From Squalus acanthias (lineage: Eukaryota): a stretch of 64,000 nucleotides of DNA. The DNA lies in NCBI GenBank assembly GCA_030390025.1, contig CM059431.1, forward strand, positions 145,020,001 through 145,084,000, in the 5' to 3' direction. The notes under the pieces were generated by a model that was not told the DNA's origin, searched no databases, and saw only the letters and a program-made list of their open reading frames with translations. The stretch's first letter is position 1. Every line of letters starts with the position of its first letter. A program made the translations under genes and the position numbers. Shown here piece after piece: positions 39,290-52,500 of this stretch.

Positions 39290-40815
39290 CATTTGATGAC
39301 GCACACATTTAGTTTGACATTTGTGCTGTCAGTGATATAAAGTATTGAGGTGCTGCAAACACTGACAACCTCTGCACAGATTAGTGCGCCTGCACCCAGG
39401 CTCTCCCATAACTCCCACCATATGCTTATGGAGGGAGCCACTGCACGCAGGGAGGTTCTCTTCACTTCCAATTGTTGGATGAGACAAACGCAGCCTCGTT
39501 GCACATTCCAGAGTTGGGCTCAAGCAGGAATGTCGTCAGGAGGACCAGGCTGCAGTGGTGCAAACCTTTCAATGATCTCAGTAGATCACGAAACGTTACT
39601 GCAAAGCCACACTCAACCTCATCCTGCTGTGCCACTCATCACATCCCCTTCACACTGCCTTCCCTACCCTACACCTGCATAGTTTTACTCACACCAAATT
39701 TACTGGCACCTCCACCAATCCCTCTCTATCTATATAATCACATCCCCATCACACTAACCATCCCTCACACTCACCCGCATCCTAGTTCAATCATACCAAC
39801 TACCAACACACAATTGTAGGAAATTGTGTGTTTTAGCCAATGTTCATGTGAAGTTTCTGTTAATGTGCTGTAAATCATTGAAATCTTTATTTTAAACACT
39901 TTCCGTTCTTCTACAGGGTTGTGTTCACCTTTGGATGTGGCTTAGTGAGTTGCAGTGAATGGGGAGACATAACGGTACCCCCCGCAATGCTGATGAGTGC
40001 GACAGGAATGGTTTGGGCATTGTAGGGATGCTTTATCTTTTTGCTGTGGGCTGGTGGCAACCTGGCGCTAGATGTGGCATCCAGGGCGTGCAGCGTCAAG
40101 TGTATAAAATCTGGCCATGGTGAGGCCATCTCTGGCGTCCCGGTCAGCAATGTCAAGGGGTGTTGATGCCCTCTGTGCTGTGCAGCATCAGAAGTTGCGG
40201 AACAGGTTGGTGGTGTTGTTGGTGCTGCTGGTGTGCCTGGTACTGCTGGTGTTAGGGCTGATGGTGGTGGGACTCTGAGGCCTAAGTGAGGCATTATAAA
40301 CCATACCCATGCTGATGTAATAGATGGCAGTTGAACTTGAGATGACAGAAGCCATCTGTCAATGGTGAGAGTGTTTGCTCCAATGAGGGGTCACAGGATA
40401 GAGAGTTTGCTCCAAACACTTGCAACCTGCATAAAGCTCAATCTGTCTTCCAAATGCAGTAAGCAAGTGCTTCTGTGCTTGGAAAGTGAACAGCTGTGAG
40501 ATGGGATCTTTTATAGCACATTTCCAGCTGTCAAGTAATGAGATGATTCCATGGCCATTCAACTCCCGCCCTGCTTATCTGACGTGAGCCCCGAGCAGCG
40601 TGGACTACGTGGGCGACCTGATAAACTCTGAAGTTGAGATAAAATAGTTGTCAATATTCTGTTAACAAAGGTCATAATGAACTGAATTGCCTCCCGCGCC
40701 GCTGCATGTCGGATCTGCTCAGCGCTGACAGACCCGACATTTGGGAAAGGCGGGTTGCCGGGGTTAGACAGCGGGGTCCCGATCCGCTGGGAAAAATTCC
40801 AGTTTCCACCCGTCT
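39290..40815 (+). mobile_element. Degenerate PIF/Harbinger-type DNA transposon relic with Myb/SANT-like coding remnant
   Basis: PAPRLSH...ARREVLF (ORF 39350) and RRTRLQWCKPFNDL (ORF 39472) resemble the Myb/SANT trihelix partner protein; GC-rich end at 40690-40815. Confidence 0.55.
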
Positions 40816-41126
40816 GTGTGACGCCTTTAAATGTCCCTCAGTCCGGTCTCATTCCCTGATGATCAGAATTACCATCCTGCAATTCAGTGACCTGCTCCGT
40901 CAAGTTTGGAGAAATTTGTCTCAATTCTGCTGTTCCTTAAATCCCGGATTTTATGGGAATGGGGCGATTTTCCCACAATTAATGCTAAAGCGGTTATTCC
41001 CTGTACGTTATACTCTGTGCATTATAATAATCTGTATAGTATCTCTGTGTGAGTTATAATGTGGAAAGCAAACTGCTGCTGTAAAATCCGTCCCCCAGGA
41101 TTTTATATAACAAGGAGAATTTATGC

Positions 41127-42440
41127 TGAAATAAAAACAGAAAATGCTGGAAATACCCAGCAGGTCAGGCAGCATCTATAGAGAGAGAAAAACAGAGTTA
41201 ATGTTTCAGGTCGAGGACCCTTCGTCAGAACTGGAAAAAGTTACAGATGTAACAGATTTTTAAGCAAGTATCGGGGCAGGGAAAGGTGAAGGGAGCGGAG
41301 GAAAGAACAAAAGGGAAGGTCTGTGATAGGGTGGAAGACAGGAGAGTTTAAAAGACAAAAGGGATGATGGTGCAATCAAAAGGAGATGGTAATGGGACAA
41401 GTTATGCAGCAAAAGATGAATCTAGATGATGTGTGAATGTCAATGGCAGAATCATCAACAGCCATCATGCGAGAGCAAAAAAGGGAAAAGGAAAAACAGT
41501 TATGAGAAAAATAATATAGGGGCCGAGTTTATCGTGTGAAATTGTTGAACTCGATGCTGAGTCCAGAAGGCTGTAAAGGGCCTAATTGAAAGACGAGGCA
41601 CTGTTCCTCGATCTAATGTTGTACTTCGTTAGAAGAGTGTAAGAGTCCGAGAACGGAGAGATCAGAGTGGGAGTGGTTCAGAGTATTAAAGTGCTAGGCG
41701 ACCAGAAGCACGAGGTCACAATTCCGGACTGAGTGGAGGTGTTCCGCAAAGCGATCACCCAATCTGCATGTGGTTTCCGCAATGTAGAGGAGACCGCATC
41801 GTGAGCAGCGAATACAGTATACTAAATTGCAAGAAGTAAAAGTAAAGCGCTGTTTTACCTGGAAGGAATGTTTGGAATCCTGGCCAATGGGGAGGGAACA
41901 TGTAAAAGGGCAGGTGTTGCATCTCATGCGCTTGCATGGGAAGTTGCCATGGGAAGGGGAAGGGGTGTAGGGGGTGATTGAGGAGTGGACCAGGCTGTCG
42001 TGCAGGGAGTGGTCCCTTCGGAATGCTGAAAGGGGAGGTGAGGGGAAGATGTGTTTGGTAGTGGGATCACGCTGAACGTGGCGGAAATGGCGGAGGATGA
42101 TCCGTTGAATGCGGTGGCTGGTGGGGTGAAAGGTGTGGACAAGGGGAACCCTATCGTGGTTCCGGGAGGATGGGGAAGGGGTGAGAGCAGAAGTGCGGGA
42201 AATAGAATGGACACGGTCAAGAGCCATGTCAACTACGGTAGAGGGGAATCCTCGTTTGAGGGAAAAGGAAGACATGTCGGAAGCACTAGTATGGAACGTG
42301 GCATCGTCAGAGCAGATGCGGCAGAGACGGAACAAAATGGGAGAACGGACCAGCATCCTTACAGGAATCAGCGTGGGAGGAAGTGTATTCCAGGTAGCTG
42401 TCGGAGTCAGAGGGCTTATAGTAAATGTTTGTCAATAGCA
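41127..42440 (-). mobile_element. 5'-truncated Penelope-like element (RT C-terminus + GIY-YIG endonuclease + terminal repeat)
   Basis: ORF 41694-42356: RLCRICSD, PLVHTFHP, CKRMRCNTC, NLVYCIRCSRCGLLYIAET...RFAEH. Confidence 0.92.
41196..41232 (-). ncRNA. Minimal hammerhead ribozyme motif in Penelope terminus
   Basis: agtt-CTGACGA-a-gggtc-ctc-gacct-GAAA-catt-aact on the minus strand. Confidence 0.65.
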
Positions 42441-43318
42441 GCAATAGAGTTTATTCTGTCCCGTTGCAAGTTTTAAAAGTCCCTGTACTCCTAGTTTATA
42501 GGGGAGGGGAGTCTCACACTTTATTCCCCATTACACTGGCACTTCATTTATTTCAGGTGGAACTGGCCCGACAGTTTTGGGGGAATTTTCGGAAGTTCCC
42601 TCCCCGAGTGGAGCCTCACACACAGGGGGCGGATTATGGGGAATTACCGGGTCACTGCCCCCGCTTTAACCAGGAGCCGCCCGCTGTGTGCGAGGCCCCA
42701 CCGCTAGCCGGTATGTGTCTGTACTCCAGGGCTAATATCCCTCCGGCAGATTTAAGATCCTGAATATCAATGTTTACTTCATGTTCACGACTTTGTATAG
42801 TTGTAAACATTTACAGCTGAAGAATTCCATGTTCCCCAATATTCCCAATCCAGAAAACTAACCCCTCGACAGGACAAACCCTGTACGGTATTGGAGTAAA
42901 TATCGAACTGTTAGTGATTTAAACTTGGGTTTCTCTCCTGTTTACAGTTGAAATGGTGGATGTGGAAAATATTTTAATTTAATTTTATCTTTACTGCCGG
43001 ATTATATTTTATGTTTATCTTCCGCTGTCCAGCATTATTAAATATGATTTATTGTAATTAAATTATCAGACTCTCAGTGACCTGTATTTGCTGAGCTGAT
43101 AAAGATTGTAAAATCCTGACTTGTTCAATTGGATTCCTTTTAGATTCTCCAGTCCTTAGGGAATTGCTAACCGACCCTCTTATTATTGGTCAAAGTTGTG
43201 TTGAATCTGCTTCTCTCTGGTTTAACTGAACTGTTTGTTTACCTTCATTACGGATCAACAACACAATCCTTGACTGTTCTACAATTCACCCAACAGTTAG
43301 AGACAAATAAAGAGTTAC

Positions 43319-45053
43319 CTCAACGCTCGGCATTTGTGCAGTACGGATCCCAGACGCAAGAATCCTTCACACTGAATGTAGCAGTTCTCCAGATCGAGGT
43401 ATTTTACTGTATCACAGAGTGCAATGACATGAGACAGGACCGCACAGTCAATTGGGGTCAATCTCAATCCACGAAATGTAAGAGATTTCACAGATCTCAC
43501 TGTTTTCCGAGCCAGTGCTTTATTCTGAGACCCAAACAGATAGTGGAATGTGTTCAGGAGGTTCCTTTTACCAGTTTCACTCTCTGTGTTTTCAATCTGT
43601 CCTTCCAGCTTCTCCTTCAATCAATCAATCACTCGGCAAATGGTTTTATAAAGAAATCGACCCAGAAACTCCTCCAGGGGCCGAGCTGCCTGTGGGGAGG
43701 AGAGACCAGCAACAAAACGGAGAAATATCTCAAATCGCCCATCTTCCTTGCTGTGGGATTCTGTGAGGCGTTTCTGGATGTCCCCGGGATCTGGAGTCAG
43801 GAATTGTGCGAGTGCGGCTACAAACTCTTGGATGGTGAGGTGCGGGAATGTGTACACCACACTCTGGACAGAATCATCTCTCTCCAAAAGTTCCTTCATG
43901 AACCCAGACAGGAACTGGGAAGGTTGCAGATTGTATTTGTTCAAATCTCCATTCCAAAATACAATCTTCTTCTCGGAGACTCCTGTGAAGGCCATCTCAC
44001 CAAGTTTCAGTAACGCATGGGGGCTTTCAATCGCTCGGCCATGGTTTTTCAGAATGTTGTAAATATAGTAGGAATATAGTTGGGTGATGGTCTTGGGAAC
44101 TCGCTGCTGATTCCTGTCTCTTTCTGTAAAGAAGGGACCCAGTGAGAGCCCGAGGATCCAGCAGTAGGAAGGGTTGTAGCACATGGTGTACAGCATCTCG
44201 TTCTCCTCCACGTGTTTGAAAGCAGCTGCTGCCACCGTCTGATCTTCAAAAAACTTGTTGAAATATTCCTTCCGTTCTTCACCAACAAATCCCAGGATTT
44301 CAGCCCAGACACTGATCTCAGCCTTTTCCAATAAATGTAATGCAGTGGGGCGGCTGATCACGAGCACTGAACATCCTGGGAGCAGCTTGTGCTGTATTAA
44401 ACTGTACATAATGTCAGACACTTCACACCAGCATTCGGGATCTGTGCACATGGACTGAGGTTCTGTATTTCTCCGATTGTCAGCAAAATCGATGCTGTCC
44501 TTGAATTCATCCAATCCATCGAATATAAACAACAATCGCTTCGGGTTCTTCCAGAGCTCTCCAAGAATTTTCCCAAAGTAAGGATACTGATCCAGTATCA
44601 GATTCCTCAGGTTTATTCTACAGTTAATAGCGTTCAAATCGCGGAATTTAAAGCTGAAAACAAATTGAAAGTGTGGGTATATTTTCCCAGTGGCCCAGTC
44701 ATGAATAATCTTTTGTACCATTGTTGTTTTTCCAATCCCCGCAACTTCGCTCACTGCTGCTGATCTCCCAGATTTGGATTTTCTCCGGGAAAATCTGCTC
44801 TGGAAGAATTGATCAGTTCGGATTTTTTCCAGCTCTCTCCGGAGATGTTTCTCTCTCCACTCATCATGGTCTCGGCCTCTTGCCAGCAGTTTATGTTCTA
44901 CAAGTGTCCGATCTCGAACAGTAGAAATGATCGTTAGCTCAGCCTATCGATCAACCAGCTGGAAAATCTTAACCTTATCCTGTATTAGGATGGTGTTCAC
45001 TCTCAATGTTTCAGTTTGTTCCCGGAGTATTTGCTTGTGTTTCTGTTGAACAT
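43319..45053 (-). pseudogene. Large NACHT exon of the NLR
   Basis: actgaag|atgttcaacag start (DVQQKHKQILREQTETLRVN); EVAGIGKTT (Walker A, first G lost), LLFIFDGLDE (Walker B), VLVISRP, FPHLTIQEFVAA; ends ttgag|gtaac. Confidence 0.95.
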
Positions 45054-45464
45054 CTTCAGTTAGAACAGACAGAAAGTGGTTTCAATTTTAGTTATATTGT
45101 CAAAGAAATCTCCGATGTACTGCTCTGCTTTTCAGTAAAATGTAACACGAACTATTTTTAAAGTTTAATCGTATACAGTAAGAAAGCCAAAACAGTTCAC
45201 GTGAATCTTGGTTGACAGGAAATTGCTGAGAGAAGTTTCAAATCTACATGGGACACTAATATTTACTTAACATGGCGAGCTGGGTGAAGGTGAAATGTTC
45301 CCTCTGATGGTGAATACTATCTGTCGCACAATGTACTGCAGACATCTCAGTACAAATCCACAGGTGATTCTGGTTATATGGCTGTAGCGGTTATAATGGA
45401 TAAATGATTGAACCCCCCACCCAGCAGAGCTGAACTTTTGTAAAAATAGCAAATCGGGAATTGG

Positions 45465-46156
45465 ACAGTACTGAGAGGGACAGGCTCACAATGTACTGAT
45501 TGGGCAGCATTGAGAGAGGGACAGGCTCACAATGTACTGATTGGGCAGCACTGAGAGAGGGACAAGCTCACAATGTACTGATTGGGCAGCACTGAGAGAG
45601 GGACAGGCTCACAATGTACTGATTGGGCAGCACTGAGAGAGGGACAAGCTCACAATGTACTGATTGGGCAGCACTGAGAGAGGGACAGGCTCACAATGTA
45701 CTGATTGGGCAGCACTGAGAGAGGGACAGACACACAATGTACTGATTGGGCAGCACTGAGAGAGGGACAGGCTCACAATGTACTGATTGGGCAGCACTGA
45801 GAGAGGGACAGACTCACAATGTACTGATTGGGCAGCACTGAGAGAGGGACAGGCTCACAATGTACTGATTGGGCAGCACTGAGAGAGGGACAGACTCACA
45901 ATGTACTGACTGGGCAGCACTGAGAGGGGGACAGGCTCACAATGTACTTATTGGACAGCACTGAGAGAGGGACAGGCTCACAATGTACTGATTGAGCAGC
46001 ACTGAGAGAGGGACAGGCTCACAATGTACTGATTGGGCAGCACTGAGAGGGGGACAGGCTCACATTGTACTGATTGGGCTGCACTCAGAGAGGGACACGC
46101 TCACAATGTACTGATTGGACAGCACTGAGAGAGGGACAGGCTGACAATGTACTGAT
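45465..46156. repeat. 41-bp minisatellite (gcactgagagagggacaggctcacaatgtactgattgggca), ~16-17 copies
   Basis: caatgtactg at 45489, 45530 and onward (period 41). Confidence 0.98.
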
Positions 46157-46269
46157 GTTCCCCAAATATTTGATCAGTTCTTGGGTGAGCTCTTGCGAAT
46201 TTCTTTCCATTCCCAGTTAACATTTCACTGGGAGATGTTAATATTATTGAGAAGATAATAAGGGGATTA

Positions 46270-47350
46270 ACATCAACAACTTGAATTGATATAGCCCCTT
46301 TAACTTAGTACAAACGTCCCAAGAGGCTTAGCGGGAGCGTATTCAGATAACATGAAACACCGAGCCAAATAAAGAAATATTAGAAATGGAACCAAAAGCG
46401 TTGCAAAAGCTAGAATTTTAAGAGTGAAAAGGCGATAATTTGAGGTGGATAGCTTTGGAGAGGGAATTCCAGAGTTCCGGGTCGAGGCTGCTGAGAACAC
46501 AGCCGCCAATAGTGGAGAGGTGAAAATCAGAGATGCACACATTTCAAAATTCAGGATTGCGGTCATCTGGAAGGGTTGTAGATCTGGAGCAGATTGCAGA
46601 GATAGGGATGGATGAGGTCATGGAGGGATTGAAAACAAGGATGATAATTTCAAAATCAAGGCTTTTCCAGACAGGCAGCTAAAAATGGTCAGTGAGCCTA
46701 TGGGTGATGGGTGAACGGGACTCGGTGCGATTTCCGATAGGCACAGCAGAGTTTTGGATAAGCTCAAATTTACAGAGGATGGAACGTGGTTGGTTGACAA
46801 GCCTTAGAGTGTTGGAATAATTGAGACTGGAGATAACAAAGGCATAGATGAGGATTTCAGCATTAGGTAGGCTGAGGCAGGGGCACAGACAGCGAATGTT
46901 ATTGATTTGGAAGTAAGTGGTCTTGTTGATGGAGAGGGGATGGGAGCGAAAGGTCAGCTCAGCATCTAATAGGATGCTTTGGTTGCAAACAGTCTGGTTC
47001 AGACTCACACAGTTGGCAAGGAGAGGGTTGGAATCCATGGCTAGGGAATGGAGTTTGTGGTCACGACCAACGATAATGGCTTTGGTCTGCCCAATATTTA
47101 ACAGGAGGAAGTGTTTGCTCAGCCAATACTGGATGTCGAACAAGCTGCGTGACGCATCAGAGACAGTGGAGGGACTGAGAGAGATGGTGGTGCGGTAGAG
47201 CTGAGTCTCTTCAGTGGAATGTGACACTGTGTTTAGGGATGATGTCGCCAAGGGGCAGAATGTAGATCATAAATAGGAGGGGGCCAAGGATATATCCTTG
47301 AGGGATACCAGACGTAACATTGAGGGAGCGGCTAGAGAACAATGTGCAGG
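46270..47350 (-). mobile_element. L2-clade LINE 3' portion
   Basis: ORF 46679-47251 DIQYWLSKHFLLLNIGQTKAII...LIYAFVISSLNYSN...LIQNSA; tail caacaacttg at ~46273. Confidence 0.85.
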
Positions 47351-47381
47351 ATATTCGATTCTCTTGCTGCAATTGGATGAA

Positions 47382-49540
47382 TCATAGTCATAGAGTCATA
47401 ACGGCACAGTAGGAGGCCATTCGGCCATTGAGTCCGTGCCAGCTCTCTGCAGAGCAATCGAGTCAGTCCCATTCCCCCGCTCTATACCCGTAGCCCTGCA
47501 AGTTTATTTCCCTCAAGTGCCTATCCAGTCTTCCTTTCAAAACATTGAGTATCTCCGCTTCCACCAATTCCGTCGGCAGCGAGCTCCAGGTCCTCATCAC
47601 TCGCTGCGTAAAAAGGTTTTTCCTCACAACCCCCCTGTATCTCTTACTGTTTACATGATGGTAGAAGATTTTTAGGTTCTCTTTTATGTTAACCGCCATT
47701 CTACTCTCATATTCTCCCTTTGCCAATCTTATTTTCATCTTCACTTCCCCTCAGAACTTATTGTATTTTGTCTGGTTCTCCCTTGAAGAATTCACCTGAC
47801 ATGCGCCATATACGCTCTTCTTTGTTTCATCATCTTCTCTTTCTCCCTCGTCAGCCAAGGAGCCCTTGCTTTGGTTACCTTACCCTTCCATCTTCTTGGA
47901 ATGTACCTAGCCTGTACTTTGAACATCCCCTCCTTAAAGATCACCAATTGCTCCGTTACAGTTTTTCCTGTCAGTCTTTGATTCCATTTTACTCTGGCTA
48001 GATCTTTTCACATCCCATTGAAGTTGGTTATATTCCAGTTCAGAAGTTCCACTCCAGAATGTTCCTTGCTCCTCTCCATTGCTAATCTAAAACATATGAT
48101 ACGATGATCACACGTACCCAAGTGTTCTCCCACAGACACTTGGTCGACCTGGACCACCTCATTCCCCAGCACCAGATCCAGCAATGCCTCCTTCCTAGTT
48201 GGGCCAAGAACATACTGGTCAAGGAAATTCTCCTGAACACAATTCAGAAATTCCACCCCCTCCTTTCCCTTTACTCTAGCATTATCCCAATCGATATTTG
48301 GATAATTATAGTCCCCCAATATCACCACTCTATAGCTCTTCTACCTATCTGCTCCTCTACCTCTCTCACTATTTGGAGGCGTATAGAATACCCCCAATAG
48401 CGTGATCATAGCCTCTTTGCTCCTCAACTCTAACCAAATGGATTCTGTCCTTGTCTCCTCAAGAACATCCTCCGTTTCCAAACTACAATGTCTTCCTTAA
48501 TCAGCACTGCCACCCCAACTCCATTTTCTCCTTCACTACCTTTTCTGAACATCTTGTATCCTTGAATATTAAGTGCCCAGTCCTCACCGTTTGTATGTCA
48601 CGTTTCCGTTATTGCCACAACATCATATTGCCACACGGCTAATTCTGCTTGTAGCTCACCAAACTTATTCAGCACACTTTGTGCGTTTATGTACATACAT
48701 TCTAAACACACTTTTGATTTTTACGTATTCATTTTTAGTCTGTTCCTATCTAATATGTTACTACTTCCGCCTCTAGTAATACTTTCTTCTGTAGTACTAT
48801 GCAACATACTCATTCTTTCAAGCACATTATCCCTCTTATATGCCCCTATATGCTGGTGCTGGTGCACATAAAGTTTAAACCGTCCGGCTTGTACAGGTCT
48901 CACCTTCCGCAGAAACGGTCCCAATGCCTCATGAATCTAAATCCCTCCTTCCTGAAACATCTCTCCAGCCACGCATTTATCAGTTCTACCCTCCAATTCC
49001 TGTACTCACTAGCGTACGGCACCGTGATTAATCTGGAGATTACTACATTTGAGGTCCTGCTTTTTAATCTCTCTCCTAGCTCCCTAAACTCTACCTTCAG
49101 GACCTCATCCCTCTTTCCCCCTATGTCTATGGTACCAATATGGACAACGACATCTGGCTGTTCACCCTCCCTCCTCAGTGTGTTCTGCAGCCGCTCAGTG
49201 ACAGCCTTGATGCTGGCACCAGGGAGACAACATACCATCCTGGAGTAACGTCTACGGCCGCAGAAACGCCTGTCTGCTCGCCTAACTATCGAATCTCCTA
49301 CCACTGTTGCTCTTCCACACTTTTTTCCACCCCGTGCAGCTGAACCACCAGTGATGCATTGGATCTGACTCTGGCTGCACTCGACAGAGGAACCATCGCC
49401 CCCACCAGTACTCAGATCAGAATAGCGGTTGGGGAGCAAGATGCACTCTGGGGACTCCTGCATTACCTGCTTGGTTCCCCTATTCTGTCTGGCGGTCAAA
49501 AAATTCCCTATCTGCCTGCTTGAATTATGAGCGGGATGCA
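47382..49540 (-). mobile_element. CR1 with ORF1 SGNH-esterase domain and endonuclease, RT deleted, 3' tail retained
   Basis: ORF 48900-49589 VVGDSIVR...VCCLPGA...VVHIGT; ORF 48008-48328 GDYNYP; ORF 47463-47744 jumps from HVNSKR to RKNLFTQRV. Confidence 0.9.
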
Positions 49541-49544
49541 AGGA

Positions 49545-52500
49545 GTCATCAAGTCGATTTCGACAAGTTGAGTGAGTGGGAAAATACATTGCAGATGGAG
49601 TAAAACGTGGATAAATTTGAAATTATCCACTTTGGTAGGAAACACAGAAAGGCAGAGTAATATTTAAATGGTGATAGACTGTGAAATGTTGATTTACAGA
49701 GGGACCTGGATATCCTTGTACACCAGTCACTGAAAGCAAACATGCAGGTGCAGCAAGCAGTTAGGAACACAAATGGTATGATGGCCTTCATTGCAAAAGG
49801 ATTTGTGTAGAGGAGCAACGATGTCTTACTACAGTTATACAGGCCGGTGTCGGGAGCGGAGAGAGCGACGGTACAGTGATTATTTAAACTCGCTTTCCCG
49901 GGCTTTATTTGCAGAGGCCGATGTCGGGAGTGGAGAGAGCGACGGTACAGTGAGTATGTAAACTCACTTTCGCGGGCTTTTTTTCTGATGCTTACCAATC
50001 TCGCAGACCAGCGGCAGCATTCCAGAGCCACGTCACGATTCAAAAAGTGACGCGGGCAAGAGGAAGCAGCTGATTGGGTGAGTACGGCCAGATGAGTATG
50101 TATACTACTCTATAGTTTGACAGTTAAGTTTAATAGTTTATAAAGTTTAGAAGCTCTTAATTTTGTGGTTATAGTTTCTCAGGTCTCTGTTCTGTAGCGG
50201 GGAGTGCTAGTAAACAAGGGCCCTTGATTATATCATTTAATTGTAGTGTAATTTGTGGTATGAATTTGATTTAATTTAATTCAAATTAATTAAAGGGTAA
50301 GTCATGGCAGCGCAGCTCGGCCCCGTGGCATGCTCCTCCTGCATTATGTGGGAAATCAGGTACACTTCCTGTGTCCCTGACGACCATGTGTGCAGAAAGG
50401 GTATCCAGCTGCAGCTACTGGCAGACCGCATTGCTGAGGACGTCGTGGATATCACGTTTAATTTTTTGGTCACAGCGCAGCTAATGGCTGCACAGGCAGG
50501 AAGGGAATGGCTGACCGCCAGGCAGAGTAGTAAGCGCAGACAGGTAATGCAGGTTTCCCCTGTGGCCATCCCCCTCTCAAACAGATATACCGCTTTGGAT
50601 ATTGTTTGGAGAGATGGCTTATCGGGGGAAGGCAGCAGCAACCAACTTCCTGGCACCATGGGTGGTTCTGCTGCACAGGACGGGAGGAAAAAAAGCGGGA
50701 GAGCTATAGTGATACGGGATTCTATTGTAAGGGGAATAGATAGGCGTTTCTGCGGCAGCAAACGAGACTCCAGGATGGTATGTTGCCTCGCTGGTGCAAG
50801 GGTCAAGGATGTCTTGGAACGACTGCAGGGCATTCTGGAGGGGGAGGGTGAACAGCCTGTTGTCGTGGTGCATATAGGTACCCACGATATAGTTAAAAAA
50901 CGGGATGAGGTCCTAAACGCTGAATATAGTGAGTTAGGAGGTAAATTAAAAAATAGGACCTCAAAGGTAGTAATCTCAGGATTGCTACCAGTGCCACGTA
51001 CTAGTCACAGTAGAAATAGAAGGATATTTCAAATGAATATGTGGCTAGAAGAATGGTGCAAGGTGGAGGAATTCAAATTCCTGGGACATTAGAAACGGTT
51101 CTGGGGGAGGTGGGACCAATACAATGTGGATGGTTTGCACCTGGGCAGGACCGGGACCGACGTCCCAGGGGGCGTGTCTGCTGGTGCAGTTGGGGAGGGT
51201 TTAAACTAAAATGGCAGGGGGTTGGGAACCTGTGCAGGGAGACAGAGGAAAGGGAAGCAAGGATAGAAGCAAAAGACAGGAAGGAGCAAAGCAAAAGTGG
51301 AAGTCAGAGAAATTAAGGGTGTAAATCAAACATGGCCACAGTAATCAATAATTCTAAAAAGTCTAAGAGTGTTAAAAAAACAAGCCTGAAGGCTTTCTGT
51401 CTTAATGTGAGGAGCAGTCGTAACAATGTTGATGAATTAGCTGCGCAAATAGATGTAAACGGATATGATATAATTGGGATTACAGAGACATGGCTCCAGG
51501 GTGACCAAGGCTGGGAATTCACCATCCAGGGGTATTCAATATTCAGGGAGGACAGGCAAAAAGGAAAAGGAGGTGGGGTAGCATTGCTGGTTAAAAAGGA
51601 GATTAACACAATAGTACAGAAGGATATTAGCTCTGATGATGTGGAATCTGTATGGGTAGTGCTGAGAAATACCAAGGGGCAGAAAACGTTAGTGGGAGTT
51701 GTATACAGACCCCCGAACAGTAATGCTGAGGTTGGGGATGGCATTAAACGGTAAATAAGGAAGCGTGCAATAAGGGCACAGCAGTTATCATGGGTGACTT
51801 TAATCTACATATAGATTGGGCTAACCAAATTAGTAACAATACTGTGGAAGAGGAATTCCTCGAGTGTATACGGGATGTTTTCCTGGACCAATATGTTGAG
51901 GAACCAACTAGAGATCAGGCCAACTTAGACTGGGTATTATGCAATGAGAAAGGATTAATTAGCAATCTTGCTGTGCGAGGCCCCTTGGGGAGAAGCGATC
52001 ATAATATGATAGAATTCTTCAATAAGATGGAGAGTGAAGTAGTAGTTGACTCAGAGACTAGGGTACAGAATTTAAATAAAGGAAACTACGATGGTATTAG
52101 GCGCGAGTTGCTAGGATGGATTGGGGAATGTTACCTAAAGGGTTGACGGTGGATAGGCAATGGCAAACATTTAAAGATTGCATGGATGAACTGCAGAATT
52201 TGTTCATCCCTGTTTGGCATGAAAAATAAAACAAAAATGGTAACTCAACCGTGCCTAACAAGTGAAATTAGGGATACCATAAGATCCAAGGAGAGGACAT
52301 ATAAATTGGCCGGAAAAAGCAGCAAACCTGAGGTTTGGGAGCAGTTTAGGATTCAGCAAAGGAGGACAAAGGGATTAATTAAGAGGGGGAAAATAGAATA
52401 TGAGAGTGAGCCTTCAGGGAACATAAAAACTGACTGTAAAAGCTTCTATAGATTGTGAAGAGAAAAAAGATTGGTGAAGGCAAGCGTAGGTCCCTTGCAG

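Noticed and set aside
38835..39504. Pro/Ala- or Arg/Gly-rich repetitive ORFs
   Set aside because: Artefact of the 27-bp GC-rich repeat
43186..44062. Plus-strand 275-aa and 104-aa ORFs
   Set aside because: Antisense shadows of the NACHT exon with no recognisable domain
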